Positions 25,580 through 32,751 of a stretch of 51,925 nucleotides of DNA are shown here, piece after piece. Origin of the DNA: Eubacteriales bacterium (GTDB lineage Bacteria; Bacillota; Clostridia; Oscillospirales; CAG-272); NCBI GenBank assembly GCA_045634705.1, contig JAZRAU010000081.1:1-51925 (forward strand). The letters are read 5' to 3'. The first letter of the stretch is position 1. Each line of letters starts with the position of its first letter. Both the position numbers and the translations under genes were made by a program. The notes below the pieces were generated by a model that was not told where the DNA came from, did no database searches, and saw only the letters and a list, made by a program, of their open reading frames with translations.

Positions 25580-26181
25580 ATGCCTCCAAAGCGCGAAAAG
25601 GGCAGGATGCGGAACAGCACCTTGCCAATGACGGTGCGCTCATCCACCTCGCCGAAATAGCGGCTGTCAAGCGAGAAATTGCGGTGGTCACCCATGAGGA
25701 AGATGTGCCCCTCCGAAACCGTGACGGGAGCCATATCGGCGCGGCTGTCGTAGCCGTCGCGGAGGACGTAATCCTCATAAAGCGGGACACCGTCAACGTA
25801 AACCGTGCCGCCTCTAATGGAGACAGTTTGCCCCTCGGTGGCGATCACACGCTTGATGATCGCTTCGTTTCTGTCCAGCTCGGCATAGGCATCGGCAATC
25901 TCGTCCTCAATCTGCACGACCACCACGTCTCCCGCCTTCGGGGTGTAGAAGAAATCGGAGATCACAAGGCGCTCTCCGTCCGAGAGCGTGCCCTCCATAG
26001 ATTCGCCTTCCACAATGGTCTGGCGGAAGAGGAAAAGCGAGCAGAGCAAAATGATGGAAAGAGTGATCAGAACAAGCTCGGTAAAGTCAAAGATCTCATG
26101 CGGCCGCTTTTTCTTTTTAGCGGCGGCCCGTTCCTCGATCTCGCGGTCGATCTCCTCATAGCTGATCTGGTTTTCGTCCAT
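25576..26181 (-). CDS. lepB: signal peptidase I
   Basis: N-terminal TM, then the catalytic Ser in GESMEGTL, IKRVIATEGQTV and GDHRNFSLDSRYFG. An AAGGAG RBS is present. Confidence 0.92.
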   Translation of the reverse strand: MDENQISYEEIDREIEERAAAKKKKRPHEIFDFTELVLITLSIILLCSLFLFRQTIVEGESMEGTLSDGERLVISDFFYTPKAGDVVVVQIEDEIADAYAELDRNEAIIKRVIATEGQTVSIRGGTVYVDGVPLYEDYVLRDGYDSRADMAPVTVSEGHIFLMGDHRNFSLDSRYFGEVDERTVIGKVLFRILPFSRFGGI

Positions 26182-26192
26182 AGTGGGCTCCT

Positions 26193-27416
26193 TTATTTTT
26201 TGTTGGGCTTTTTACCGAGGAAGATCTCCATAAGATCGGTGCCGTCCGCAAGATAACGGCGACAGGCCGCCGCGGTGGCCTCGGTGAAGGGGGAGATCCC
26301 CATATGTGCCTTGTCGCTCTCATAGATCATGTACGGCACAGGATCCATGGTGTGTGTGCGCCGCGCGATCGGCGTGGGGTGATCGGGAAGCACGAGCACA
26401 CGGTAGGGCTCGGCGGCCGATTTCAGATATTCACAAACGGGCGCAAGGATCTCGGTATCGATTTTCTCAATCGAAAGCACCTTGTTTTCGATCTCGGCGC
26501 GGTGGCCGCATTCGTCGGGTGCTTCCACGTGAATGTAAACGTAATCCTGTCCGCGGGAGAAGGCATCGATAGCAGCCTCGGCCTTGCCGCGGTAATTGGT
26601 ATGAACGTTGCCGGTGGCCCCCTCAACGTTCAAAACCTCCATGCCGGCGCAAAGACCGATGCCTTTAATGAGGTCCACCGCGGAAACAATGCTCCCCTTA
26701 AGGCCCCACTTTTCGTAGAAGGAGGGAAGGGCGGGCTTTTTGCCGGGGCTCCAGAGCCAAGCGGAGTTGGCTGCCTTGAGGCCGCGGCGGCGGCGTTCGG
26801 CATTGACGGGGTGATCCTTCAGGATGTCGTAGCTGTCACGCATAAAGCGGTAAAAGGGCTCGCCGTCGGCCCCCTTGGGGAGATGCTCGGCGATCGTCTG
26901 CCCGATGATGTCGTGCGGGCGGGAGAAGTTGTAATCCTCCTTGGCGTTCTTCCAAAGGAGACAATGGCGATAGCTGATGCCGGTGTACAGGTGACGCTCT
27001 TTATTGCCAAGCTTCTCCTCCAGCGCACGGACAAGCAGGTCCGCCTCGGGAGTTGTGATCTCGTCGGCGCTGTGGTCCAGCATGATCTTCGCCTCGTACG
27101 GCTCCTCCTCGCTGAGTGCCACAAGGTTGCAACGGAGGGCGGTATCGTCCTCGTCCATGGAAAGACCCATGCTCATCGCCTCCAGAGGCGAGCGCCCGTG
27201 AGAGTAGGTGCGCGGGTCATAGGAGAGAATGGCGAGGTTGGCCGTGTCGCTTTCCGGCACCATGCCCTCGGGAACGTTGGAAACGGTACCCACAAGAGCC
27301 GCGCGGCTGAGCATATCCAGATAGGGCTTTTGGGCTACCTCCATGGGCGTGCGGTCAGAAAGCTCGGGGATCTTATAATCCGCCATGCCGTCATAAACGA
27401 TAACGAGATACTTCAT
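26193..27416 (-). CDS. cofactor-independent phosphoglycerate mutase (ApgM)-family metalloenzyme, of the subgroup proposed to act as homoserine kinase
   Basis: It has alkaline-phosphatase-superfamily motifs: VIVYDGMAD, PESDTANLAILSYDP, YIHVEAPDECGH and VLVLPDHPTP. The start is set at ATG 27416 behind GGAG, and the track TTG 27428 overlaps that RBS. Confidence 0.75.
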   Translation of the reverse strand: MKYLVIVYDGMADYKIPELSDRTPMEVAQKPYLDMLSRAALVGTVSNVPEGMVPESDTANLAILSYDPRTYSHGRSPLEAMSMGLSMDEDDTALRCNLVALSEEEPYEAKIMLDHSADEITTPEADLLVRALEEKLGNKERHLYTGISYRHCLLWKNAKEDYNFSRPHDIIGQTIAEHLPKGADGEPFYRFMRDSYDILKDHPVNAERRRRGLKAANSAWLWSPGKKPALPSFYEKWGLKGSIVSAVDLIKGIGLCAGMEVLNVEGATGNVHTNYRGKAEAAIDAFSRGQDYVYIHVEAPDECGHRAEIENKVLSIEKIDTEILAPVCEYLKSAAEPYRVLVLPDHPTPIARRTHTMDPVPYMIYESDKAHMGISPFTEATAAACRRYLADGTDLMEIFLGKKPNKK

Positions 27417-27446
27417 AAAAAACTCCAAAGGTTTATTAATAACAGT

Positions 27447-27475
27447 ATTATAGCATAATTTTTACACATTTACAA
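27447..27475 (-). promoter_or_regulatory. sigma-A promoter (extended -10) heading the apgM-like-lepB-rbgA-rnhB-yraN-dipeptidase-thrC gene string
   Basis: The minus strand reads TTGTAA (27475-27470), a 17-nt spacer ending in TGc, then TATAAT (27452-27447). Confidence 0.6.
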
Positions 27476-27518
27476 TGGATAGCGGAAAAAACTTTTTGAA
27501 AAAAATTCTAAAAACCCC

Positions 27519-27547
27519 TTGATTTTTAGGACACGCTATGATATGAT
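27519..27547 (+). promoter_or_regulatory. sigma-A promoter of rplS
   Basis: TTGATT (27519-27524), a 17-nt spacer, then TATGAT (27542-27547). Confidence 0.6.
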
Positions 27548-27553
27548 AACTCA

Positions 27554-27641
27554 GTGGCCGTATTTCATCGGTCGCATAACGATTTTGGAACAGTCCGCTG
27601 CGATGCTCCGTAAGAATGTTCTGTATTTAAGGAGGGCCATT
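27554..27641 (+). promoter_or_regulatory. structured 5' leader of rplS (possible L19 autoregulatory leader)
   Basis: About 90 nt of untranslated leader lies between the promoter and the AAGGAGGG RBS. Two candidate stem-loops are visible: 27554-27560/27569-27575, and 27587-27592/27617-27622. Confidence 0.3.
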
Positions 27642-27983
27642 ATGGATAAGATCCAGGCTTTTGTAAGCGAGCAGTTGAAGAAGGAGGTTCCTCAGTTCTC
27701 TGTTGGTGATGTTGTGCGTATCCACAACAAGATCAAGGAGGGCTCGAGAGAGCGTATCCAGCTTTTCGAGGGTACCGTCATTGCCAAACACGGCGGCGGC
27801 ATCTCCGAGACCTTCACCGTGCGCCGTATTTCTTACGGTGTCGGGCTGGAAAAGACTTTCCCGCTCCATTCCCCCAACGTTGTCAAGGTTGACCTTGTGC
27901 GTGCCGGTAAGGTCCGCCGCGCCAAGCTCTACTACCTGCGTGACAAGGTTGGTAAGGATGCCAAGGTCAAGGAAAAGATCTGA
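27642..27983 (+). CDS. rplS: 50S ribosomal protein L19
   Basis: [78 protein letters not shown] is unmistakably L19. The start is set at ATG 27642 behind AAGGAGGG. Confidence 0.96.
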   Translation: MDKIQAFVSEQLKKEVPQFSVGDVVRIHNKIKEGSRERIQLFEGTVIAKHGGGISETFTVRRISYGVGLEKTFPLHSPNVVKVDLVRAGKVRRAKLYYLRDKVGKDAKVKEKI

Positions 27984-28010
27984 TCGGGCAAGCACAATTT
28001 AATCAAATGA

Positions 28011-28051
28011 AAAAGGCGGTTTCGAGATTTACTCTCAAAACTGCCTTTTTC
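28011..28051. terminator. bidirectional terminator between rplS (+) and the HIT gene (-)
   Basis: Stem aaggcggttt (28013-28022) pairing with aaactgcctt (28038-28047) with one G-U pair. It is flanked by an A-run and a T-run. Confidence 0.7.
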
Positions 28052-28067
28052 GGAATTTGGCGAAGCC

Positions 28068-28406
28068 TTAGGCCATGGTTTCGGAAAGCTTCTTGCCGCC
28101 GATGAGGTGGAAGTGGAGATGCTTCACCGACTGGCAGCCGTCCTCACCGCAGTTGGTGACGACACGGTAGCCGTTCGTAAGGCCAAGCACCTCGGCAATC
28201 CTCGGGATCGCTTCAAAGATCGCGCGGACAGCATCGGCGTTCTCCGCCGAGATCTCCTGTGCGGAGGCGATGTGCGTGCGCGGAACGATCAGGACGTGCG
28301 TCGGTGCCTGCGGTTGAATGTCATAAAAGGCATACACCGCCTCGTCCTCGTACACCTTTTTCGAGGGGATCTCCCCGGCGATGATCTTACAGAAAAGACA
28401 GTCCAT
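28068..28406 (-). CDS. histidine triad (HIT/Hint) nucleotide-binding protein
   Basis: 112 aa. It carries CLFCKIIAGEIPS and the HIT motif HLHFHLIGG. Confidence 0.93.
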   Translation of the reverse strand: MDCLFCKIIAGEIPSKKVYEDEAVYAFYDIQPQAPTHVLIVPRTHIASAQEISAENADAVRAIFEAIPRIAEVLGLTNGYRVVTNCGEDGCQSVKHLHFHLIGGKKLSETMA

Positions 28407-28501
28407 ATGCTTACTCCTTCATACTGTTTTTGCAAGGAAAGTATATCACATACATTCAAAAAAATCAAGCGGTGTGACAACATATCGCGGAAGGGAGCGT
28501 T

Positions 28502-29755
28502 ATGCCGGAGCTGCTTTCCCCGGCAGGGGACCTTGAAAAGCTGAAGGCCGCCGTCCGTTACGGTGCCGATGCCGTGTACCTTGCGGGCACGCGCTTTGGT
28601 ATGCGGGCCGCCGCAGGGAATTTTGATGACCGTGAGCTGCGTGAGGGCATTGCCTACGCTCACGCCCAAGGTGTTAAGGCGTACGTGACCGTCAACACCG
28701 CCCCTCGCACGCACGAGTATGCGGCGCTCGGGGACTATCTTGCGGCGCTTGGCGAGATCGGCCCCGATGCCTTGATCATCGGGGACATTGGTGTCCTTTC
28801 ATTCGCACGCCGCAATCTTCCCGATGTGCCGATCCACGTTTCCACGCAGGCCAACGTCGTGTCCTTGGAGACGGCAAAAGCTTTTGCCGCTATGGGAGCC
28901 TCCCGCATCGTTCTTTCGCGTGAGCTTTCGCTTGATGAGATCCGTGCGATCCGCGCAGCGCTTCCCGAAGAGATCGAGCTTGAGGCATTTGTTCATGGCG
29001 CTATGTGTGTCTCCTATAGTGGGCGCTGTCTGCTATCCAATTATCTTGCCGGCCGTGATGCCGGCCGTGGAGCCTGCACGCAGCCCTGTCGCTGGAAATA
29101 CCGCGCCGATCGCATTTCTGCGGTGCTTTATGAGGAAAAGCGTCCCAACGAGCCTATCCCTGTGTATGAGGAGGGCGGTGAGAGCTTTTTTATGAGCAGT
29201 CGCGACCTCTCGATGATCGATCACGTGGGAGAGCTCTGTCAGGCGGGGATCGCCTCTTTTAAGATTGAGGGGCGTATGAAAAGTGCCTACTACACCGCCG
29301 TTATCACCAACGCTTACCGTATGGCGATCGATGCGTGGAACCGCGGCGAGGCTATGGATGCGGCGGCCCTGCGCGCTGAGGTGGAGAGCGTCAGCCACCG
29401 CGACTACGATACGGGATTTTTCTTTGATTCTCCGCACATTCACGCCAAAATTACCAAGCGTGACGGATATCTCCGCGAAAAAGCATATCTTGCCCGCGTT
29501 CTGGCATATGATGGGACAAGCGGAATGGCGCTCCTTGAACAGAAAAACAAGCTTTCGGTCGGCGACAGTGCCGAGCTTCTCGTTCCCGGACAGGTGGGCA
29601 TCGCCTTTTCCGTCGCTGCGCTTTTTGATGAGCAAATGGAGCCCATTTCCTCAGCGCCGCACCCCGGAATGCGCTTTTATATGAGGCTCCCCACCGCCGC
29701 CTCTGCGGGCGATCTTGTCCGCGGCGCGAGCGTTACCGATACGAAAGGAGTGTGA
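28502..29755 (+). CDS. peptidase U32-family protein (probable Fe-S-dependent RNA/quinone-type hydroxylase rather than a protease)
   Basis: 417 aa. It carries ELLSPAGDLEKLKAAVRYGADAVYLAG and VHGAMCVSYSGRCLLSNYLAGRDAGRGACTQPCRW, which is exactly CX6CX15CX3C. Confidence 0.85.
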   Translation: MPELLSPAGDLEKLKAAVRYGADAVYLAGTRFGMRAAAGNFDDRELREGIAYAHAQGVKAYVTVNTAPRTHEYAALGDYLAALGEIGPDALIIGDIGVLSFARRNLPDVPIHVSTQANVVSLETAKAFAAMGASRIVLSRELSLDEIRAIRAALPEEIELEAFVHGAMCVSYSGRCLLSNYLAGRDAGRGACTQPCRWKYRADRISAVLYEEKRPNEPIPVYEEGGESFFMSSRDLSMIDHVGELCQAGIASFKIEGRMKSAYYTAVITNAYRMAIDAWNRGEAMDAAALRAEVESVSHRDYDTGFFFDSPHIHAKITKRDGYLREKAYLARVLAYDGTSGMALLEQKNKLSVGDSAELLVPGQVGIAFSVAALFDEQMEPISSAPHPGMRFYMRLPTAASAGDLVRGASVTDTKGV

Positions 29756-29762
29756 TTTTTGC

Positions 29763-30608
29763 TTGCCTTTTCTTGAATTTTTGAAGGCGATCCTTATTGG
29801 CATTGTGCAGGGGATCACCGAATGGCTTCCCGTCAGCAGCACGGGACACATGATCCTCTTTGACAAGCTTCTGCCGCTTCGGGTGTCCGAGGAGTTTAAG
29901 GAGTTTTTTCTTGTGGCGATCCAGCTTGGCTCGATCCTTGCGGTGTGCGTTCTTTTCTTCCGGAAGCTGAATCCGTTTTCGAGGCAGAAGAGCCGTGCGG
30001 AGCGCAATACCACATGGCGCCTTTGGGGACACGTGCTGATCGGCTGTATTCCCGCGGGCGTTATGGGGCTGTTGCTTGACGATTGGATCGATGCTAACTT
30101 TTACAGCGAATCCGCAAGGTTTCCCGTGGTGGGTGCCGCCCTCCTTTTGTATGGTATTGCTTTTATTGCGGTAGAGCGAATGAGGCGCAAAAAAAGCTTG
30201 CGTCTTGAGGATGTCCACGCCTTTACTTGGCGGGAGGCGCTTCTTGTCGGTGGCTTTCAGGTTCTTTCCCTGATCCCCGGCACCTCGCGCTCGGGCTCCA
30301 CGATCCTCGGCGCCTCGCTTCTCGGCATTGGGCGGACGGCCGCCGCGGAGTTTTCCTTCTTTATGGCTCTGCCGGTTATGGCGGGCGCCACCCTACTCAA
30401 AGGATTGAAATTCTTGCTCTCCGGAGTTGGCGTTTCGGCCCCGGAGATCGGCATACTCATCACGGGCACGGCCGTCGCCTTTTTCGTATCACTTATTGCC
30501 ATTCGCTTTCTTATGGATTTTGTGCGCCGCCACAGCTTCGAGGCCTTCGGTTGGTATCGCATCGCGCTTGGCACGGTGGTTCTTCTCTATTGGATCTTAG
30601 CTGAATAA
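29763..30608 (+). CDS. uppP: undecaprenyl-diphosphate phosphatase
   Basis: It carries GIVQGITEWLPVSSTGHMIL and LIPGTSRSGSTI. The start is uncertain: TTG 29763 behind AAAGGAG is chosen, and the track start 29715 lies inside the U32 gene. Confidence 0.9.
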   Translation: MPFLEFLKAILIGIVQGITEWLPVSSTGHMILFDKLLPLRVSEEFKEFFLVAIQLGSILAVCVLFFRKLNPFSRQKSRAERNTTWRLWGHVLIGCIPAGVMGLLLDDWIDANFYSESARFPVVGAALLLYGIAFIAVERMRRKKSLRLEDVHAFTWREALLVGGFQVLSLIPGTSRSGSTILGASLLGIGRTAAAEFSFFMALPVMAGATLLKGLKFLLSGVGVSAPEIGILITGTAVAFFVSLIAIRFLMDFVRRHSFEAFGWYRIALGTVVLLYWILAE

Positions 30609-30645
30609 AAAGAACAACGCCCGATTTTCGGGCGTTGTTCTTTTT
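30607..30645. terminator. bidirectional terminator between uppP (+) and the small lipoprotein gene (-)
   Basis: A perfect 13-bp stem, agaacaacgcccg (30611-30623) pairing with cgggcgttgttct (30629-30641), with a 5-nt loop. It is flanked by aaaa and tttt. Confidence 0.9.
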
Positions 30646-30646
30646 A

Positions 30647-30847
30647 TTACTGGAAAATGTCCCCGATGTTGACTGAGGGGTCGGTGTCCAGCGTGGTGAC
30701 GGGGGCGGTTGTTGCTTTCGCTGTCGTTGTGACGGAGGTCGCAGTGGTGGTGTCGTCATCTTTTCTGCGGCGGCTGCAGGCCGAGGTAGTCAGCAAAACC
30801 GAGGCAAGAATTGCAAACATCAAAACAAAGAGAAGTGAACGCTTCAT
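30647..30847 (-). CDS. small Thr-rich putative lipoprotein
   Basis: 66 aa. The signal peptide MKRSLLFVLMFAILASVLLTTSAC carries a lipobox-like L-T-T-S-A-C, followed by a basic patch and a Thr/Ala-rich tail. A GGGAGGA RBS sits 4 nt before the ATG. The overlapping + strand ORF is only the spurious 5' extension of ung. Confidence 0.55.
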   Translation of the reverse strand: MKRSLLFVLMFAILASVLLTTSACSRRRKDDDTTTATSVTTTAKATTAPVTTLDTDPSVNIGDIFQ

Positions 30848-30917
30848 GAGGTCCTCCCGCGCATTTTTTCTTTCTTACAGTATACCCTTTTTCGCAGGGG
30901 TTGTCAAGGGCGGGGGA

Positions 30918-30946
30918 TTGATTTTTTTCTTTTGGTGTGGTATAAT
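30918..30946 (+). promoter_or_regulatory. sigma-A promoter of ung
   Basis: TTGATT (30918-30923), a 17-nt spacer, then TATAAT (30941-30946). Confidence 0.65.
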
Positions 30947-30974
30947 CCGTGCAAGAAGGAAAAGGAGAGGCAGT

Positions 30975-31637
30975 ATGAGGATCGGCAACGATTGGGATCA
31001 GGTCATAGGCGGGGAGTTTTCTAAGGAATACTATCTCGCCTTGCGTGAATTTTTGAAGAAGGAATATGCCACCGCCCGCGTCTGCCCGGGGATGTACGAT
31101 ATTTTTACCGCTCTGAAGGAAACCCCCTTTTCCGCGGTCAAGGCGGTGATCCTCGGCCAGGATCCTTATCATGGAGAAGGGCAGGCCCACGGGCTTTGCT
31201 TTTCTGTGCGACAGGGGATAGAGCCGCCGCCGTCGCTTGTCAATATCTTTAAGGAGCTGGAAAGCGATCTTGCCATCCCCTGTCCTGCTCACGGAGATCT
31301 GACGGCGTGGGCAAGACAGGGAGTGCTTTTGCTTAACACCACACTCACGGTTCGTCTCCATTCACCTATGAGCCACAAGGGGAAAGGCTGGGAGACCTTT
31401 ACCGACGCTGTCATTGCCTCGCTCAATCGAAAAAAGACACCCGTTGTTTTTCTCCTTTGGGGGTCTCACGCCGCAAGCAAGGCTTCGCTTATCACCAGCC
31501 CTCTGCACACGGTGCTGAGGGCGCCTCATCCCAGTCCGCTTTCGGCCTATCGCGGCTTTTTCGGCTGCCGCCATTTTTCGGCCACCAACGCCATTTTACA
31601 AAGAGGCGGCGTGCCCCCGATCGATTGGACATTGTAA
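30975..31637 (+). CDS. ung: uracil-DNA glycosylase (family 1)
   Basis: It carries GQDPYHGEGQAHGLCFSV, LLLNTTLTV and the HPSPLSA motif. The start is set at ATG 30975 behind AAAGGAGAGG. Confidence 0.95.
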   Translation: MRIGNDWDQVIGGEFSKEYYLALREFLKKEYATARVCPGMYDIFTALKETPFSAVKAVILGQDPYHGEGQAHGLCFSVRQGIEPPPSLVNIFKELESDLAIPCPAHGDLTAWARQGVLLLNTTLTVRLHSPMSHKGKGWETFTDAVIASLNRKKTPVVFLLWGSHAASKASLITSPLHTVLRAPHPSPLSAYRGFFGCRHFSATNAILQRGGVPPIDWTL

Positions 31638-31674
31638 AGAAAAGCTCCCGAGCAAGATCGGGAGCTTTTCTTTA
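31636..31674. terminator. bidirectional terminator between ung (+) and a membrane-protein gene (-)
   Basis: A perfect 13-bp stem, gaaaagctcccga (31639-31651) pairing with tcgggagcttttc (31658-31670), with a 6-nt loop. Confidence 0.85.
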
Positions 31675-32142
31675 TGAAAACCTTGAGGTGTATTCGTCCT
31701 TTTTTGTGGGGATGGGGGCGTTTTTTTTCTTGCGATTGAACAGTAGGCGAGCAAGAACGGCCCCTCCGGCGATCACGGCGTAACACAGGATGTAGATGAC
31801 AATGCCGACCACGTAAGAGCCTGCCGAGGTGAAGGCAAACTGACGGCTCCTGAGAATCACGAAAAAGTAGGCAAGGCCAATGAGAAGAAAATTCAGCGCC
31901 CAAAGTGCGGGAGCAGGGAGAGAGCGGACGCGGAAAAGCTCACGCGCATAAGCGACCACAAGGGAAAAGCCCACAATGGTCAGAAGCGAAGCGAAATTCA
32001 TGCCCGGCTCGGTTTTTCCGGACGTTGAGGCGTCGATCGTCATGATCAGAAAAAAGAGCAAGAGGGCCGCTGTGGCGATGGTTGTGCCGAGCATGGTGGC
32101 ACGCCAAAGGGCGGAAAAAAAGCTTTTTGTTTTCGGTGACAT
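31672..32142 (-). CDS. hypothetical integral membrane protein (4 predicted TM helices)
   Basis: Hydrophobic ORF. The start is set at ATG 32142, 7 nt behind AAGGAGA. The C-terminal tail is basic. No family is recognised. Confidence 0.55.
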   Translation of the reverse strand: MSPKTKSFFSALWRATMLGTTIATAALLLFFLIMTIDASTSGKTEPGMNFASLLTIVGFSLVVAYARELFRVRSLPAPALWALNFLLIGLAYFFVILRSRQFAFTSAGSYVVGIVIYILCYAVIAGGAVLARLLFNRKKKNAPIPTKKDEYTSRFS

Positions 32143-32250
32143 AAGACGGTCTCCTTTTGTTTTTACACCATTCAGTATACCAAACCCCCCGTTTTTTTGC
32201 AAGTCCTTGCTGTAACTTTGGAAAAAAATAAAAAAAGAGAGCGCGAAAAG

Positions 32251-32279
32251 TTGACATTACGCGCGGAATGTTATATAAT
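32251..32279 (+). promoter_or_regulatory. consensus sigma-A promoter of the nusB operon
   Basis: TTGACA (32251-32256), a 17-nt spacer, then TATAAT (32274-32279). Both hexamers are perfect. Confidence 0.75.
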
Positions 32280-32331
32280 TTTATAAAATATATATTCAAC
32301 CCGAAAGGAACGGCTTAGCCGTAGTGATAGT

Positions 32332-32751
32332 ATGAACAGACATCAGGCAAGAGAACTCGCGTTTTGTCTTCTCTTTGAGCACGAATTTGATAAAGAGAGG
32401 AGCGTGGACGAGCTTTACGATGCCGCCAAGGCCCTGCGCGAGGTGGAGGAGAGCAAGTATGTCCGCTCTGTCCTCTCCGGTGTTGCGGAGCATGAAGCGG
32501 CGCTTGAGGCTGCGATCGGTGAGTCGGCGCGCGGCTGGGCGCTTTCCCGCATCAGCAAGGTCTCGCTTGCCGCTTTGAAGCTCTCGATCTACGAGATGCG
32601 CTATATGCCCGAGATCCCTCTCCGTGTTTCGATGAACGAGGCGCTGGAGCTTGTAAAAAAATACGATGAGGAGGAGGCCCGTCCCTTTGTGAACGGTATC
32701 CTCAACACGGTATTTGCGAGCGCAAAGGAAAATCGCCCCGATGAGGCGTGA
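32332..32751 (+). CDS. nusB: transcription antitermination factor NusB
   Basis: 139 aa. It carries MNRHQARELAFCLLFEHEF and PLRVSMNEALELVKKYDEEEARPFVNGILN. Confidence 0.92.
   Translation: MNRHQARELAFCLLFEHEFDKERSVDELYDAAKALREVEESKYVRSVLSGVAEHEAALEAAIGESARGWALSRISKVSLAALKLSIYEMRYMPEIPLRVSMNEALELVKKYDEEEARPFVNGILNTVFASAKENRPDEA

Noticed and set aside
26304-27458. A 384-aa + strand ORF
   Set aside because: It is antisense to the ApgM-family gene. It has no motifs and it crosses that gene's promoter region.
30657-30974. A 106-codon N-terminal extension of ung
   Set aside because: It runs through the bidirectional terminator, the opposite-strand lipoprotein gene and the ung promoter itself. The Ung homology starts at ATG 30975 behind a strong RBS.
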